Below, one piece after another: positions 20,014 to 29,608 of a DNA stretch of 64,000 bases. The notes under the pieces were generated by a model. It had not been told where the DNA came from. It did no database searches and saw nothing but the letters and a program-made list of their open reading frames with translations. The translations under genes were made by a program, and so were the position numbers. Each line of letters starts with the position of its first letter. Positions within the stretch are counted from its first letter, which is position 1. Location: positions 30,263-94,262 of the forward strand of contig CAZGGU010000002.1 in assembly GCA_964525395.1 (NCBI GenBank). The letters run 5' to 3'. The DNA is from an uncultured Gammaproteobacteria bacterium. Lineage in GTDB: Bacteria > Patescibacteriota > Microgenomatia > Levybacterales > UBA12049.

Positions 20014-20388
20014 TTATTGAGTGCCCCTGCCTGCTCTAAGGTTAGTCGCGTTGGTAGTTGCATTGCATGATGTAAAGCCAAATTTAGTAATGCAGCCAAC
20101 TCCTGTTATGCCAGCAATAATATTTAAAACAGCGAAGGACATAAGTATAACTATGAGACCGATTAGAGCCCAAGTGATAGTTTTTTTAGCCCCATCTGCT
20201 GCCTTAGGGTCTCCTCCAGAGGTGATATATTTTATTCCGCCAAGAATTACTAAGAAAAGTGCAATTATTCCTGCGAAGGTTAGAGCCCAAAAAATAAGGT
20301 TTTGAAATAGTACAGTTGCACAGTCTAAGGTAAGTATCTCCCCATACTTACTATCAAACGCACAAGCATTACCAGCTAATTTAAACAT
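20014..20388 (-). CDS. TrbC/VirB2-family pilin
   Basis: GGIKYITSGGDPKAADGAKKTITWALIGL. Confidence 0.88.
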   Translation of the reverse strand: MFKLAGNACAFDSKYGEILTLDCATVLFQNLIFWALTFAGIIALFLVILGGIKYITSGGDPKAADGAKKTITWALIGLIVILMSFAVLNIIAGITGVGCITKFGFTSCNATTNATNLRAGRGTQ

Positions 20389-20431
20389 AAATTTAGCGTA
20401 ACAAAGAGGGGATTAAATCTCAAGCGGAAGT

Positions 20432-20839
20432 TTAACTGTTGGTGTAATTGGTAAGTGTGGGAAGAGTTAAATTGGTTAAGTTAATTCCGAAAAAGCCAAG
20501 TAAAATGTTCAAGATAAAGAATGACAAGAACATGATTGCGAGACCGATAAGAGCTGCTACAATCATTTGTCTTGATGCATCAACCTTCTTGGAGTCTCCG
20601 CCTGACATTATCCACTGAATTCCTCCAAAAATAAGGAAGCCGAGAGCAATAATTACGCCGATTACGAAAACTACTTGGATAAGGGTAGCCACTATTCCGC
20701 TGAAATCAGAGAGAGTTAATTTACAAAGTCCGCCAAATCCTCCACCAGGGCATACGCTAATTTTTTGTTGAGCATGTGCTTGAGGAGCGAGTGTTAAGAA
20801 TGGTACCGCTGAAAGTGAAATGGCAGTTATCTTTTTCAT
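20432..20839 (-). CDS. TrbC/VirB2-family pilin
   Basis: Signal peptide (AHA), GGIQWIMSGGDSKKVDASR..IVAALIGL; the ATG at 20851 falls in the -10 box, so 20839 is preferred. Confidence 0.88.
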   Translation of the reverse strand: MKKITAISLSAVPFLTLAPQAHAQQKISVCPGGGFGGLCKLTLSDFSGIVATLIQVVFVIGVIIALGFLIFGGIQWIMSGGDSKKVDASRQMIVAALIGLAIMFLSFFILNILLGFFGINLTNLTLPTLTNYTNS

Positions 20840-20887
20840 GTATATAAACATCGTAGAAATATTTTAAATTCTTGTCAAGGGGTCAAT

Positions 20888-21223
20888 TTATGTGAGCTTT
20901 AAAAGATTGAGTCCGAAGAATCTGCCGACTACATTAATTATGAAAAATGCTAAGAAGGTGATGATAAGGCCAATCGCTGCGAAAGTAATTTTCTTTCTGG
21001 CCCCATCTACAGCTTTCGCATCTCCACCTGATGAAATCCACTGAATCCCGCCCCACATGATGAAAAATAAGGCTGCTAAGACTGCAGCAATAAACATGTA
21101 TGTAATTCCCAAGCGAATTACACCTTGAAGAGTGGGGAGACCAGACTCAGGCATGCCACCAATGGGTTTTAAATCAATTTGTTTGCCGTCACTGGGAACT
21201 TTAAGTGCTATTTCTCTAATCAT
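20888..21223 (-). CDS. TrbC/VirB2-family pilin
   Basis: GGIQWISSGGDAKAVDGARKKITFAAIGL. Confidence 0.88.
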   Translation of the reverse strand: MIREIALKVPSDGKQIDLKPIGGMPESGLPTLQGVIRLGITYMFIAAVLAALFFIMWGGIQWISSGGDAKAVDGARKKITFAAIGLIITFLAFFIINVVGRFFGLNLLKLT

Positions 21224-21225
21224 AT

Positions 21226-22470
21226 TTAACTAAATCCTGGAAGACCAAGGATATCAACTGTAATTAATCTAAGAATTGAGAGAGAAAAGATGATGAGTAA
21301 AAGTCCTGCAACGGCTGCTATTATGGCTTCTCTTGCTTCTGCTATTTTTTTAGGGTCCCCCTGTGAGGTCATTAGTTTAAATCCATTAGCGATAAAAAGA
21401 ATAATAAGAATTCCACCGGAAAGACTGAGGACGAGAATCAGCACGCTTCTAGCAAAGCCTTCAGGATTAATCCCAATCTTACCTATAGCTGTGTTGCAGG
21501 AGTTTGGAATTGCTTCGCCGGATTTAGGCTGACAGGGATTAGAAACTTTATTGCCCGGGTAGTCATAGCAGCCCAACTTTCCATCTGTGCCTGTGGTGCA
21601 GTATTTGCCACCGCATTCGGAATCATTATTGCAGCCTGAATGACCACCGTTTTGATCCACCGTGAAAGAGTCTGAGCAGTTTGTGTTATATTTGCCATCG
21701 ATCTGGACTTTATATGAGTTTTCTCCTATTAAATCATTTCCTACCGATACTCCCGCCGCTGCCTCGAGTTCACTTCTAGTTGGTGTAAATCTTTTTATCT
21801 CTGATCCATTTTCAGTTCCATTTATTTGAATAATTCTGACAAGCATTTTATCTTCAGGTTTTTCTGTAAACTCCTTTTTAAATGCAGCTTTTATTTTAAC
21901 TTCAGTTCCAGGCTTAAAATCAGTGTTTAGATATGTAATCGTGCAAAACTTATTGTCAACGCTAGTTTTTTGAATTTCCAAAGAGGCGCTTCCTAGGCTG
22001 CAGAGTAGAAAATCTCTGTTTTGACCCTGCTCTCCTTGGTGTCCGGTGGTTCTTAAATTGAATTCATATTTGCCAGGGTTGAAATCTGATGCATGATCCC
22101 CCTTTGTGTTTCCATTTCGATCAAATGGGGTATTAACAGTTGCGAGAGTATCTTCTTCGAATCGTTCCAGCGTCACTTTCGCAGGTACATTTGATTTATA
22201 AAATAAATCTCCAGTATCTTCTCCAATCGTACGAATGTCTCCTCCTTGTGGATTTATTGTCATTTCAATATTTGACGTAAGTGGAATTTGTTGACCCTTT
22301 ATTTTTAAGGTGATGCTATTTATTATATGGTCATCATCTCCTGCAGACTGTTTTTCTGAAATCTTCTGGATAGAACATTCACTTTTAGAATTTTGAGCAT
22401 AAGTAGGCTGAGTGTAAGTTGAAACAATCAGTATTAAAAAGAGTAGGACAGCAAAGATAATTCTTTTCAC
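21226..22470 (-). CDS. Large pilin: Cys-containing extracellular domains fused to C-terminal VirB2-like domain
   Basis: Signal peptide, Cys-rich segments, CNTAIG.I...GFKLMTSQGDPKKIAEAREAI.AA..GL. Confidence 0.82.
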   Translation of the reverse strand: MKRIIFAVLLFLILIVSTYTQPTYAQNSKSECSIQKISEKQSAGDDDHIINSITLKIKGQQIPLTSNIEMTINPQGGDIRTIGEDTGDLFYKSNVPAKVTLERFEEDTLATVNTPFDRNGNTKGDHASDFNPGKYEFNLRTTGHQGEQGQNRDFLLCSLGSASLEIQKTSVDNKFCTITYLNTDFKPGTEVKIKAAFKKEFTEKPEDKMLVRIIQINGTENGSEIKRFTPTRSELEAAAGVSVGNDLIGENSYKVQIDGKYNTNCSDSFTVDQNGGHSGCNNDSECGGKYCTTGTDGKLGCYDYPGNKVSNPCQPKSGEAIPNSCNTAIGKIGINPEGFARSVLILVLSLSGGILIILFIANGFKLMTSQGDPKKIAEAREAIIAAVAGLLLIIFSLSILRLITVDILGLPGFS

Positions 22471-22506
22471 AATTTTATCGTAGAAGAAAATGAGATTTTT
22501 GGCAAG

Positions 22507-23814
22507 TTAAGGTGTGAATTTAAAGCCGCGTCCTTTTACAGTTTGCAGATGAAGCGGTGAATTAGGGTTTTCTTCAATTTTTTTCCTAACCCTAAAAATA
22601 AGTTGATCAAGCGCTTGCTCTGAGACCCCAACTGTAGTGCCTAAATCTCCCCAAACTGCAGAGATGATTTCCTCTCTTTCGATTATCTTGTCAGGATTCA
22701 TTAGCAGATAAGCAAGAAGCTTAAATTCAGCAGATGTTAAAGATTCTGAAATAATAATTTTTCCTTTTTTAATTTCTTTAGACTCTTTATTAAAACTAAT
22801 CTTTTGAGTATCTGTCTCATTTTGTTTTTTTGCATAAGACATGAGTAGCGGAAGAGCAAATTTATTATCCCTAACTAATCCTACTGCCACGAGATGTGAA
22901 GAATCGTGAGCTTTGTTTTCCTCGATGAGGTTTTGCTCAAATGGAGTAAAATATTTCCAAATTTCTTCCAAAACTGCCTTGATTCTGCTGTTTGAAAATA
23001 AAGATTTTTCTAAATTTTCTTGTTCACCGTTTTCTAGACAAGCCTCAGCTGCTACTCTGGTTAGTTTTCCTACGCCTCCAGTTAAATTCGTGACTGTCTC
23101 GAGTGTTTGCTCTGAAAGTTTTTTATTCGCTTGTTTTTGAATATAATTTAACCTGAAATCTAAAACTGCCTTATTCATCAGCGGCAAATATACTATATTT
23201 CCTACTACGAATTCGTAATAATCAGCAATTAAATCATTTTCTACTATTTCTTCGAGTGGGCGAGAGAGAGGAAAGATAGCAGAGAAGCGATATTTAGCTC
23301 TGTCTCTAAGAACCCTAAGATTGCTAAAAAATTGTGGCGTAAGCATTGGGAGATATTCCTCAAAGCGATCGAAGAGAAAAACAACTGTATATTCTTTTTC
23401 AAGTGACAGATAATCAATAGATTTTCGCAGTCCTTGAAACAGAACTAGTTCATCGTTGGTTTTGAGGCTTTGTTCGAAAAGTCCACGAATATATTTAGAT
23501 TCTTCTTCCAGATGGCGTTCTTCAAAAGAATCAAGTAGCTCAAGAAACATATACTTGGTAGCCTCAGTTAATGGTCGTTTTTTAATTTCAGAGAAATTCA
23601 TCATGACGAAGTGAAACCATTTTTCGTTTTCCTTGAGGTGAAGAGTTCTGGCTTCGCGATTGTAGGAAAGAAGTCCCATGATGTTGGATCTTCCTACGCC
23701 TGGAAGAGAAACGATTTGCGCAGAATTTCCAGATTTTATATATGAGAGGACTTTATCAATTTCATCAAACCATGAATCTGGGGGATATAGAGATTCGAAA
23801 TGTTTAGGATCCAT
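22507..23814 (-). CDS. P-loop ATPase-like domain fused to OmpR/PhoB-type winged-helix DNA-binding domain (no receiver)
   Basis: SLPGVGRS (variant Walker A), VVFLFDRFE (Walker B); C-terminal LTSAEFKLL..L...REEI...VWG...LD..I.RVRKKIE.NP..P..LQTVKGRGFKF. Confidence 0.88.
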   Translation of the reverse strand: MDPKHFESLYPPDSWFDEIDKVLSYIKSGNSAQIVSLPGVGRSNIMGLLSYNREARTLHLKENEKWFHFVMMNFSEIKKRPLTEATKYMFLELLDSFEERHLEEESKYIRGLFEQSLKTNDELVLFQGLRKSIDYLSLEKEYTVVFLFDRFEEYLPMLTPQFFSNLRVLRDRAKYRFSAIFPLSRPLEEIVENDLIADYYEFVVGNIVYLPLMNKAVLDFRLNYIQKQANKKLSEQTLETVTNLTGGVGKLTRVAAEACLENGEQENLEKSLFSNSRIKAVLEEIWKYFTPFEQNLIEENKAHDSSHLVAVGLVRDNKFALPLLMSYAKKQNETDTQKISFNKESKEIKKGKIIISESLTSAEFKLLAYLLMNPDKIIEREEIISAVWGDLGTTVGVSEQALDQLIFRVRKKIEENPNSPLHLQTVKGRGFKFTP

Positions 23815-23852
23815 TAAAACATTGTAATCTAACTAGCCTCAAAACGTCAATT

Positions 23853-23908
23853 TTATAAGGCTTTTGTAATGTAGATATCAAGTCTATAGTTTGATTTTTC
23901 CTTAAACT
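23853..23908 (+). promoter_or_regulatory. Putative OmpR/PhoB-type triple box plus -10 for the 1037-aa gene
   Basis: TTATAAG 23853, TTGTAAT 23864, ATATCAAG 23875 (11-bp period); TAAACT at 23903. Confidence 0.55.
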
Positions 23909-23914
23909 ACGCAC

Positions 23915-26900
23915 ATGGAAAGAGAAGCTTTCACGCCAGAAGAATTGACAGGACAAGGCCAAAACGCCTATTCTAGAAGTATGCCAGAAACACCTGATAA
24001 TCCTATTAAAGGTCCTGAACAAATACCGCCTCAAAGAGTAAAAAGACCACATTCAGAAGTTAACCCATCGTCAATTGAAGAAAGAATTCAGCAAATGGCG
24101 GAGGAATATCGAGGAAAAGGAATTCCTGTAGATTTTGGCACTCTCCAAGCTTTTAGAGCTCTTGCAGAAAGAGGAATTATGCCAATGGGTGGAGGCGCAG
24201 ACGATCCCGATGGGGGACCTGCGGGGGGAAGAAGACGAAGAAGAGCGGGAGCAGATGGAGTGCCGCCAATTCCACTAGATGAACAAATTAATGCATTTGC
24301 AGAAGCGAATGGGCTTAGTCCTGAAACCGACCGTGCTTATATTCTTAACGCGTTGGACCGTCAAAGAGCAGATGATGAGAGAAGAGCTGCTAGAGCTCAA
24401 GGGGCAGAGGGGTGGAGAACTATGTATCTTAAGGATCAGGACATGGAAATTTTGAACAGAAATCCCATGGAGTGGATCGAGGAAAAGTTTAATGAAATAA
24501 ATGCTCTTGCTAAGAAAGGAGCAGAACTTGATTCTCCTGCGCTTCAGCGTATTCAAACACTTTTCGGAGAAGCGCATGAGTACGTAGCTAATTTTAAGAA
24601 AAATGATCCTGAGCTAGTTCAGCAATTTACTGATGTATTTTTAGGAAGACTTAACTTAATGTTTATGGCTTCCACTATTGAGCTACGAGATTTAGAGTCT
24701 GCAGGGAAAATGGCAAGAAGAACAAAAGCTTCTACTCTATTTAGTGCGATGGAATATGAAGATGGAAAAGTAGGAATGCTCTATAACAGAATGCAAACTA
24801 TGTATGAAGATTACAGATTGGCTATCGGAGGAGTAGATAGAAAAATATTACCCGAGTTTGAATCTCGATTCCAGCAATTTATTATAGACGGAGAAATGAA
24901 GATGGCGAAGAGAGGGGTAGGTGAATATGCGGCCAAATATGCAGAAATAACGGCTATTGTTAATGGGCAAGGATTGTCAGAAAGACAAAGAGTAATACTT
25001 GGGAAGATGGGAATAAATCCCGATGATCCTATTCAGGCTACCCCAGAAAAGCTAGAAGAAGCAAGACAAGCTGAGATAAATGACAGAATTGAGCTAGATA
25101 TTAGAAGAGCAATGGGACCTGCTTGGGATATTTTCCGTATAACCCAGCGTCATGCGGTTATTAATGCTAGAGCGCATAAAACAAATTCTAGAGATGTTAA
25201 GAAATTGGCTGGAGGTTGGAAGGAGTTTTTAGGTCAGAATGGTGCTGCTTTTGCTTCATTTAACGCGGAAAATATGCTCTGGGAGGAATATGGCCTCTAT
25301 ACTGGTCATGATTGGGCTTTTGTAAGAGAAATTAAGCGTGATCTGGCAACTTCAGAGATAGCAGATAGGCTCAAAAATATTAAGAAAAAAAGAGCTAAAT
25401 TAAATGCTGGTGAAGATCCAGATAAAGATGATCATCATGTAAGCGATGAGGATGAAGGAGAAGAGGATCATCATGTTCTTCATGATGAACATCCAGAAAC
25501 ACCTGAACAAAGAAATGTTAGATTTGCGGAAATACGTAGACAGCTTCAAATTGAAGAGAATATTTTACGCAACATGACACAAGCAGATGTGGATGAGTTT
25601 GGAAAGACGCTCTTTAGAGATATGTATGCAGCTGCTGATTTTTACTCCTCTGGGTGGAGAATGAACGGTATCTTAGATCAGCTTGACAAGTATGGAAATT
25701 ATTTAAATTCTCAGGATGGGGTGGATCCACATCATCCAGTATTTGATTCCAAAAATTTCGGAATGTTTGTTCGATTAAGGGCAGATGCAGGTGGTAGAAG
25801 AGATACCTGGGAAAGAATTGCCACATTTCGACAGGAGGAAATATTAAGGCTTTACAGAGATAAAATTCTGACAGAGCCTAGCCCACAGTACGATAGCCAT
25901 GGTCATAAAATTAAGGCAAAAAAGCCAGCGCCAGATTATATGAAGCCGTCGCTTGATTTATTCTTCGGTAAGCTTAGAGAAATGGGAATAACTACTGACG
26001 ATTTACCTGCAGAATTAAAAGATGCTCAAACAACTGAATACGATGTATTTAAATTAAGGTATGGAGCAGCGATTCAAACTATTCGCCAGCAGGAGATGGA
26101 GGCTAGGGGAAATGGAGTACCGCGTCAAATAGACTTTTCTGCAATTGAGGTAGGATCAGATGACTATGTAAGATTTAAAGAAATAATTGATAATTCAGTG
26201 GGAAAGGAAGGAGCAATTGATGATGTCATAAGAGTTTACAAGGAAATGAATAGATTCATTGGACGTAGGGATGCTATTGGTTTTGAACCCAAGGTGATTG
26301 ATAGGCTTATTTATGATCCCAAGTTTGCGGATATTTACACGAGAGTGATAACAGCAGATGATATCCTTTCAACAAAGATTGAAGGACCCTCATCGCCTAT
26401 AACTTCTCTTACTCAAAGTGTTTCCGTAGATCAGGCAACTGACGCACTTGTTAGAAATTTTAATGATTTAGGCCATGCGGGAAATGCAATGGGTGGACTT
26501 TTGACGTTCGTTAAAGAAGAGCACGAAGAACCTAGATTAAAGGCAGCGCTTGAATTCGCTGAAGAAGCAAGCATGTATGGAGGGCAGGATGCTAGAGCTA
26601 AGAATGTAAGATTTACTTTTGGAACTTATCTTAATCTAGCGAAGAAAGATTGGCTTTGGGACACAATGGATTTTGAGTCAGGGCCTGCAAGAAAAGCGAT
26701 TTCAAATGCACAGAAAATATATGGGCCACAGTTGAAGGCTAAATCAAGAGCAGAATTAAGACATGAATTAGATGAAATTAGATATAAGCTCGAGGGCGCC
26801 TTTGGAGGACACCTCGGTGATAAATATTATAGAGAGCTTGAGCATATGCTTGAGGTAACTAGTGGAGATTCTAATAAGATGAGATTTATGTCATTCATGA

Positions 26901-27028
26901 TTGTTTTAATTGCAGCAGCTCTTGTAACACCAGTTGGAGTTTCTAAAGATAGCTTTAATGATGTTGGAGGACTTCTCGCAGGTGGTGGGGGCGGCGGCGG
27001 TGGTGGTGGGGGCGGAGGCCATCATTAA
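23915..27028 (+). CDS. Large alpha-helical hypothetical protein, C-terminal hydrophobic helix and poly-Gly-His-His tail
   Basis: 1037-aa ORF with coding-like composition; no recognisable domain. Confidence 0.85.
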   Translation: MEREAFTPEELTGQGQNAYSRSMPETPDNPIKGPEQIPPQRVKRPHSEVNPSSIEERIQQMAEEYRGKGIPVDFGTLQAFRALAERGIMPMGGGADDPDGGPAGGRRRRRAGADGVPPIPLDEQINAFAEANGLSPETDRAYILNALDRQRADDERRAARAQGAEGWRTMYLKDQDMEILNRNPMEWIEEKFNEINALAKKGAELDSPALQRIQTLFGEAHEYVANFKKNDPELVQQFTDVFLGRLNLMFMASTIELRDLESAGKMARRTKASTLFSAMEYEDGKVGMLYNRMQTMYEDYRLAIGGVDRKILPEFESRFQQFIIDGEMKMAKRGVGEYAAKYAEITAIVNGQGLSERQRVILGKMGINPDDPIQATPEKLEEARQAEINDRIELDIRRAMGPAWDIFRITQRHAVINARAHKTNSRDVKKLAGGWKEFLGQNGAAFASFNAENMLWEEYGLYTGHDWAFVREIKRDLATSEIADRLKNIKKKRAKLNAGEDPDKDDHHVSDEDEGEEDHHVLHDEHPETPEQRNVRFAEIRRQLQIEENILRNMTQADVDEFGKTLFRDMYAAADFYSSGWRMNGILDQLDKYGNYLNSQDGVDPHHPVFDSKNFGMFVRLRADAGGRRDTWERIATFRQEEILRLYRDKILTEPSPQYDSHGHKIKAKKPAPDYMKPSLDLFFGKLREMGITTDDLPAELKDAQTTEYDVFKLRYGAAIQTIRQQEMEARGNGVPRQIDFSAIEVGSDDYVRFKEIIDNSVGKEGAIDDVIRVYKEMNRFIGRRDAIGFEPKVIDRLIYDPKFADIYTRVITADDILSTKIEGPSSPITSLTQSVSVDQATDALVRNFNDLGHAGNAMGGLLTFVKEEHEEPRLKAALEFAEEASMYGGQDARAKNVRFTFGTYLNLAKKDWLWDTMDFESGPARKAISNAQKIYGPQLKAKSRAELRHELDEIRYKLEGAFGGHLGDKYYRELEHMLEVTSGDSNKMRFMSFMIVLIAAALVTPVGVSKDSFNDVGGLLAGGGGGGGGGGGGGHH

Positions 27029-27053
27029 TTGACATAGGTATTAAACTTTAATC

Positions 27054-28625
27054 TTAATGGCCACTACCGTACGGTTTCGTAAATCCTGAATATATCATTG
27101 CCTTCGCAAGAATATTAGTTCCTTTTCCACCTCCATGTTGAGCATGTACGTTCCTTGCCCATGTGTCAGCTGCAGTCTTTGGAATTCCTAAGTATTTTCC
27201 GCCAACTCCGAGTGGTCCCATAATATTTCCAAAATTAACACCTGGAGCTTTGAACGCATCTTTAGTGGTGGTTAAGACATTTGGTAGCATTAAAATAAAT
27301 CCAAGACCAACTATTGCCCCGATTGCTTCGGTATTCGTTCCGCCAACCAGTGGGGGAACGAATCTCGTTACAGAGTCGCCATTAAAGGATTCAATGAAGT
27401 AGGAGGCAAGTAGGAAAAAAGCTACAGCTACTGGATAAACGGCTAAATTGGCTAAAAGATCTTTAATCCATACTCCTATCCCAGCTTTGGAGCCTGGCAT
27501 AACTCCAGCGATAATCCAAAATGGAGCAAAAATAATATCAAGAATTAAGTTTACATAGGCAACAACGAGTACGACCCAAACCCTAAATAAACAGACAACT
27601 ACCGCAATGGCAATAATTAAAAATGCTAGGATGTTTACAATCACACCAACTACGCCACCAATTATATTTCCCACAATATCTCCATTGCCGAAGTTAGAAG
27701 ATGGACCAGTAAAGACTGATTTGATAACTTCAGCAAAAGCAGATGATACTTGTCCTGCGATTCCCAGTATTCCGCCATTTTCACTAAAAGCGGCATTAGC
27801 TGCATTAAAAGGATTAGAGGCTCCCACGACTGCATTAGCAGCTTCAGGAGACACTACAGTTGAGGTAGCGCTTTGGATGACAAAAGCAAAAAGGTAGGTA
27901 GCTACGAACATGATATCAATGAGTAATCCGGCGATTGCAAATGAGAAGGTAACTGCAATTATTCCCATAATTATTTTGGGTAATTGATTTTGAATGGTCA
28001 TCACGTCATGTGCGTCAATATGGACCCTAAGCATTATTCCAAGACCGACAACGACGAAGGCGAGAATTAGAATTAAGTAGACAATATTTCTCATAGCCAC
28101 CCACAGTGGAAGAACGGGCTGGAGGCCGCAAAAGCCAACTCCTCTAGAAAGATTTTTACATGGATCAGTATTTTCTTGAGCATAAACTTTATCTCCTACG
28201 CCGAAATTACCTTTAAGATATGCAGTATATTGAGTAAAAGAGGCGGGCGGGGTAAAAGTCATATCAATTGCCTTTCCCATAACGGCGATTAAACCTCCCC
28301 CATTTTCTACATAACCGATTTTACCTGTTTCTGGATTTACACCTAGACACTGTGTGCCTGGTCTGGTTGGGTCCACTCCTGTGAGTTGGCAAGCCATAGC
28401 CGACATGGTTTCGATAAGTAGTATCTGAACTCCATTATGCATGTTCATTTCTACATTCGCTTCAGCATCTAAATTTTCTGTTTGTATATCAGCTTGAGGA
28501 GTAGTGGCCTCAATTTCATCAAGTGTTCCTGGAGTTTGCGCATAGGTTTTATGTGAAATTCCAGCGAAAAGAGCGAGGAATAAAAAGAAAGCAAGAAAAA
28601 ATAATTTCTGGGCAGAAATTCTCAT
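27054..28625 (-). CDS. VirB6/TrbL-like polytopic T4SS membrane protein
   Basis: Signal peptide, W..MRNIVY...GLGIMLR...TIQNQLPKII.....TFSFAIAGLLID, multiple TMs; T4SS neighbourhood. Confidence 0.72.
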   Translation of the reverse strand: MRISAQKLFFLAFFLFLALFAGISHKTYAQTPGTLDEIEATTPQADIQTENLDAEANVEMNMHNGVQILLIETMSAMACQLTGVDPTRPGTQCLGVNPETGKIGYVENGGGLIAVMGKAIDMTFTPPASFTQYTAYLKGNFGVGDKVYAQENTDPCKNLSRGVGFCGLQPVLPLWVAMRNIVYLILILAFVVVGLGIMLRVHIDAHDVMTIQNQLPKIIMGIIAVTFSFAIAGLLIDIMFVATYLFAFVIQSATSTVVSPEAANAVVGASNPFNAANAAFSENGGILGIAGQVSSAFAEVIKSVFTGPSSNFGNGDIVGNIIGGVVGVIVNILAFLIIAIAVVVCLFRVWVVLVVAYVNLILDIIFAPFWIIAGVMPGSKAGIGVWIKDLLANLAVYPVAVAFFLLASYFIESFNGDSVTRFVPPLVGGTNTEAIGAIVGLGFILMLPNVLTTTKDAFKAPGVNFGNIMGPLGVGGKYLGIPKTAADTWARNVHAQHGGGKGTNILAKAMIYSGFTKPYGSGH

Positions 28626-28694
28626 TAATTTCAGTTTGATTTATTTGAGGAAATAAGTCAATAGAAATGATATAATATTGAGGCTAAAATTTTA

Positions 28695-28781
28695 GGAGAG
28701 GTCGCATAGTGGTCTAGTGCGGATGTCTTGAAAACATCTGTGGGTGCAAGCCTACCGCGAGTTCGAATCTCGCTCTCTCCG
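28695..28781 (+). tRNA. tRNA-Ser(UGA)
   Basis: Cloverleaf, anticodon arm GATGT-CTTGAAA-ACATC, long variable arm, GTTCGAATC. Confidence 0.96.
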
Positions 28782-28801
28782 CATATAGCGAGATGAGAAG
28801 T

Positions 28802-28842
28802 TTATGGTGAGCTTGTCGAATCCAAATCTCGCTCTCTCCGCA
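28802..28842. repeat. REP-like element followed by duplicated tRNA-Ser 3' end
   Basis: TTATGGTGAGCTTGTCGAATCCA (28802-28824) is the exact reverse complement of 55042-55064; AATCTCGCTCTCTCCGCA (28825-28842) repeats the tRNA 3' end. Confidence 0.8.
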
Positions 28843-28878
28843 CTAGAATAAAATTCCTCCTAATGATAAACTAAATTT

Positions 28879-29391
28879 ATGGAGTCTGCTCAGCCTCTTC
28901 ATCATGAAACTAAAACCCTGCTTTCTTGGAGCGCGTATGGTAGGCCTTATGTAAGGCGAGGAAAACAGTTTTATTTAACCGCCACACTTCTAGCGATTTT
29001 AATTTGTATTATTCTTTTTCTTTTTCATCAATACTTATTTATATTTTTAGTTGGTTCGTTTCTTTTTGTAGCTTTTGCTTTTGCATACACGCCTCCGAAA
29101 AATTATCATTATAAAATTTCGAGTGAAGGCATACTTATTGAAAAGAAGTTTTATCTCTGGGAAGAGCTTTATGACTTTTATTTTATGAAGAAGAATGGGG
29201 AGGAAATATTGTATGTTAGGACTGAATCATTTTATCCAGGAGCTTTAGTAATTCCACTTGGAGAACTGCCCAAAGACCAGGTAAAGCAGGCAATTATCAA
29301 TTATCTTCCCTATAGAGAATATGTAGAGCCTACGTTTATGGATAAATCAGGAGATTGGCTGGTAAAAAATTTTCCTCTTGAGAAAAATTAG
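28879..29391 (+). CDS. Conserved CPR two-TM protein with PH-like C-terminal domain
   Basis: LLSWSAYGRPY..RGKQFY, two TMs, YKISSEGI.I.KKFY.WEEL..F. Confidence 0.75.
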   Translation: MESAQPLHHETKTLLSWSAYGRPYVRRGKQFYLTATLLAILICIILFLFHQYLFIFLVGSFLFVAFAFAYTPPKNYHYKISSEGILIEKKFYLWEELYDFYFMKKNGEEILYVRTESFYPGALVIPLGELPKDQVKQAIINYLPYREYVEPTFMDKSGDWLVKNFPLEKN

Positions 29392-29476
29392 CGGAGGGTA
29401 CAGGATTTGAACCTGTGAAGAGCTTTCACCCTCGGGTTTTCGAAACCCGTGCAATTGGCCACTATGCGAACCCTCC
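29392..29476 (-). tRNA. tRNA-Ser(CGA)
   Basis: CGGGT-TTCGAAA-ACCCG anticodon arm, long variable arm, GGTTCAAATCC. Confidence 0.95.
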
Positions 29477-29493
29477 TCAAGTTATATATTTTG

Positions 29494-29567
29494 TACCCTC
29501 GAATGGAGTCGAACCATCGGCCTTAGCGTCCGCAACGCTACGCTCTATCCAGCTGAGCTACGAGGGC
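29494..29567 (-). tRNA. tRNA-Arg(GCG)
   Basis: GCCCTCG acceptor, TAGCG-TTGCGGA-CGCTA anticodon arm, GGTTCGACTCC. Confidence 0.93.
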
Positions 29568-29608
29568 ATGTTTATATTATATCAATAAATAAGCTTATAA
29601 GATAATTT

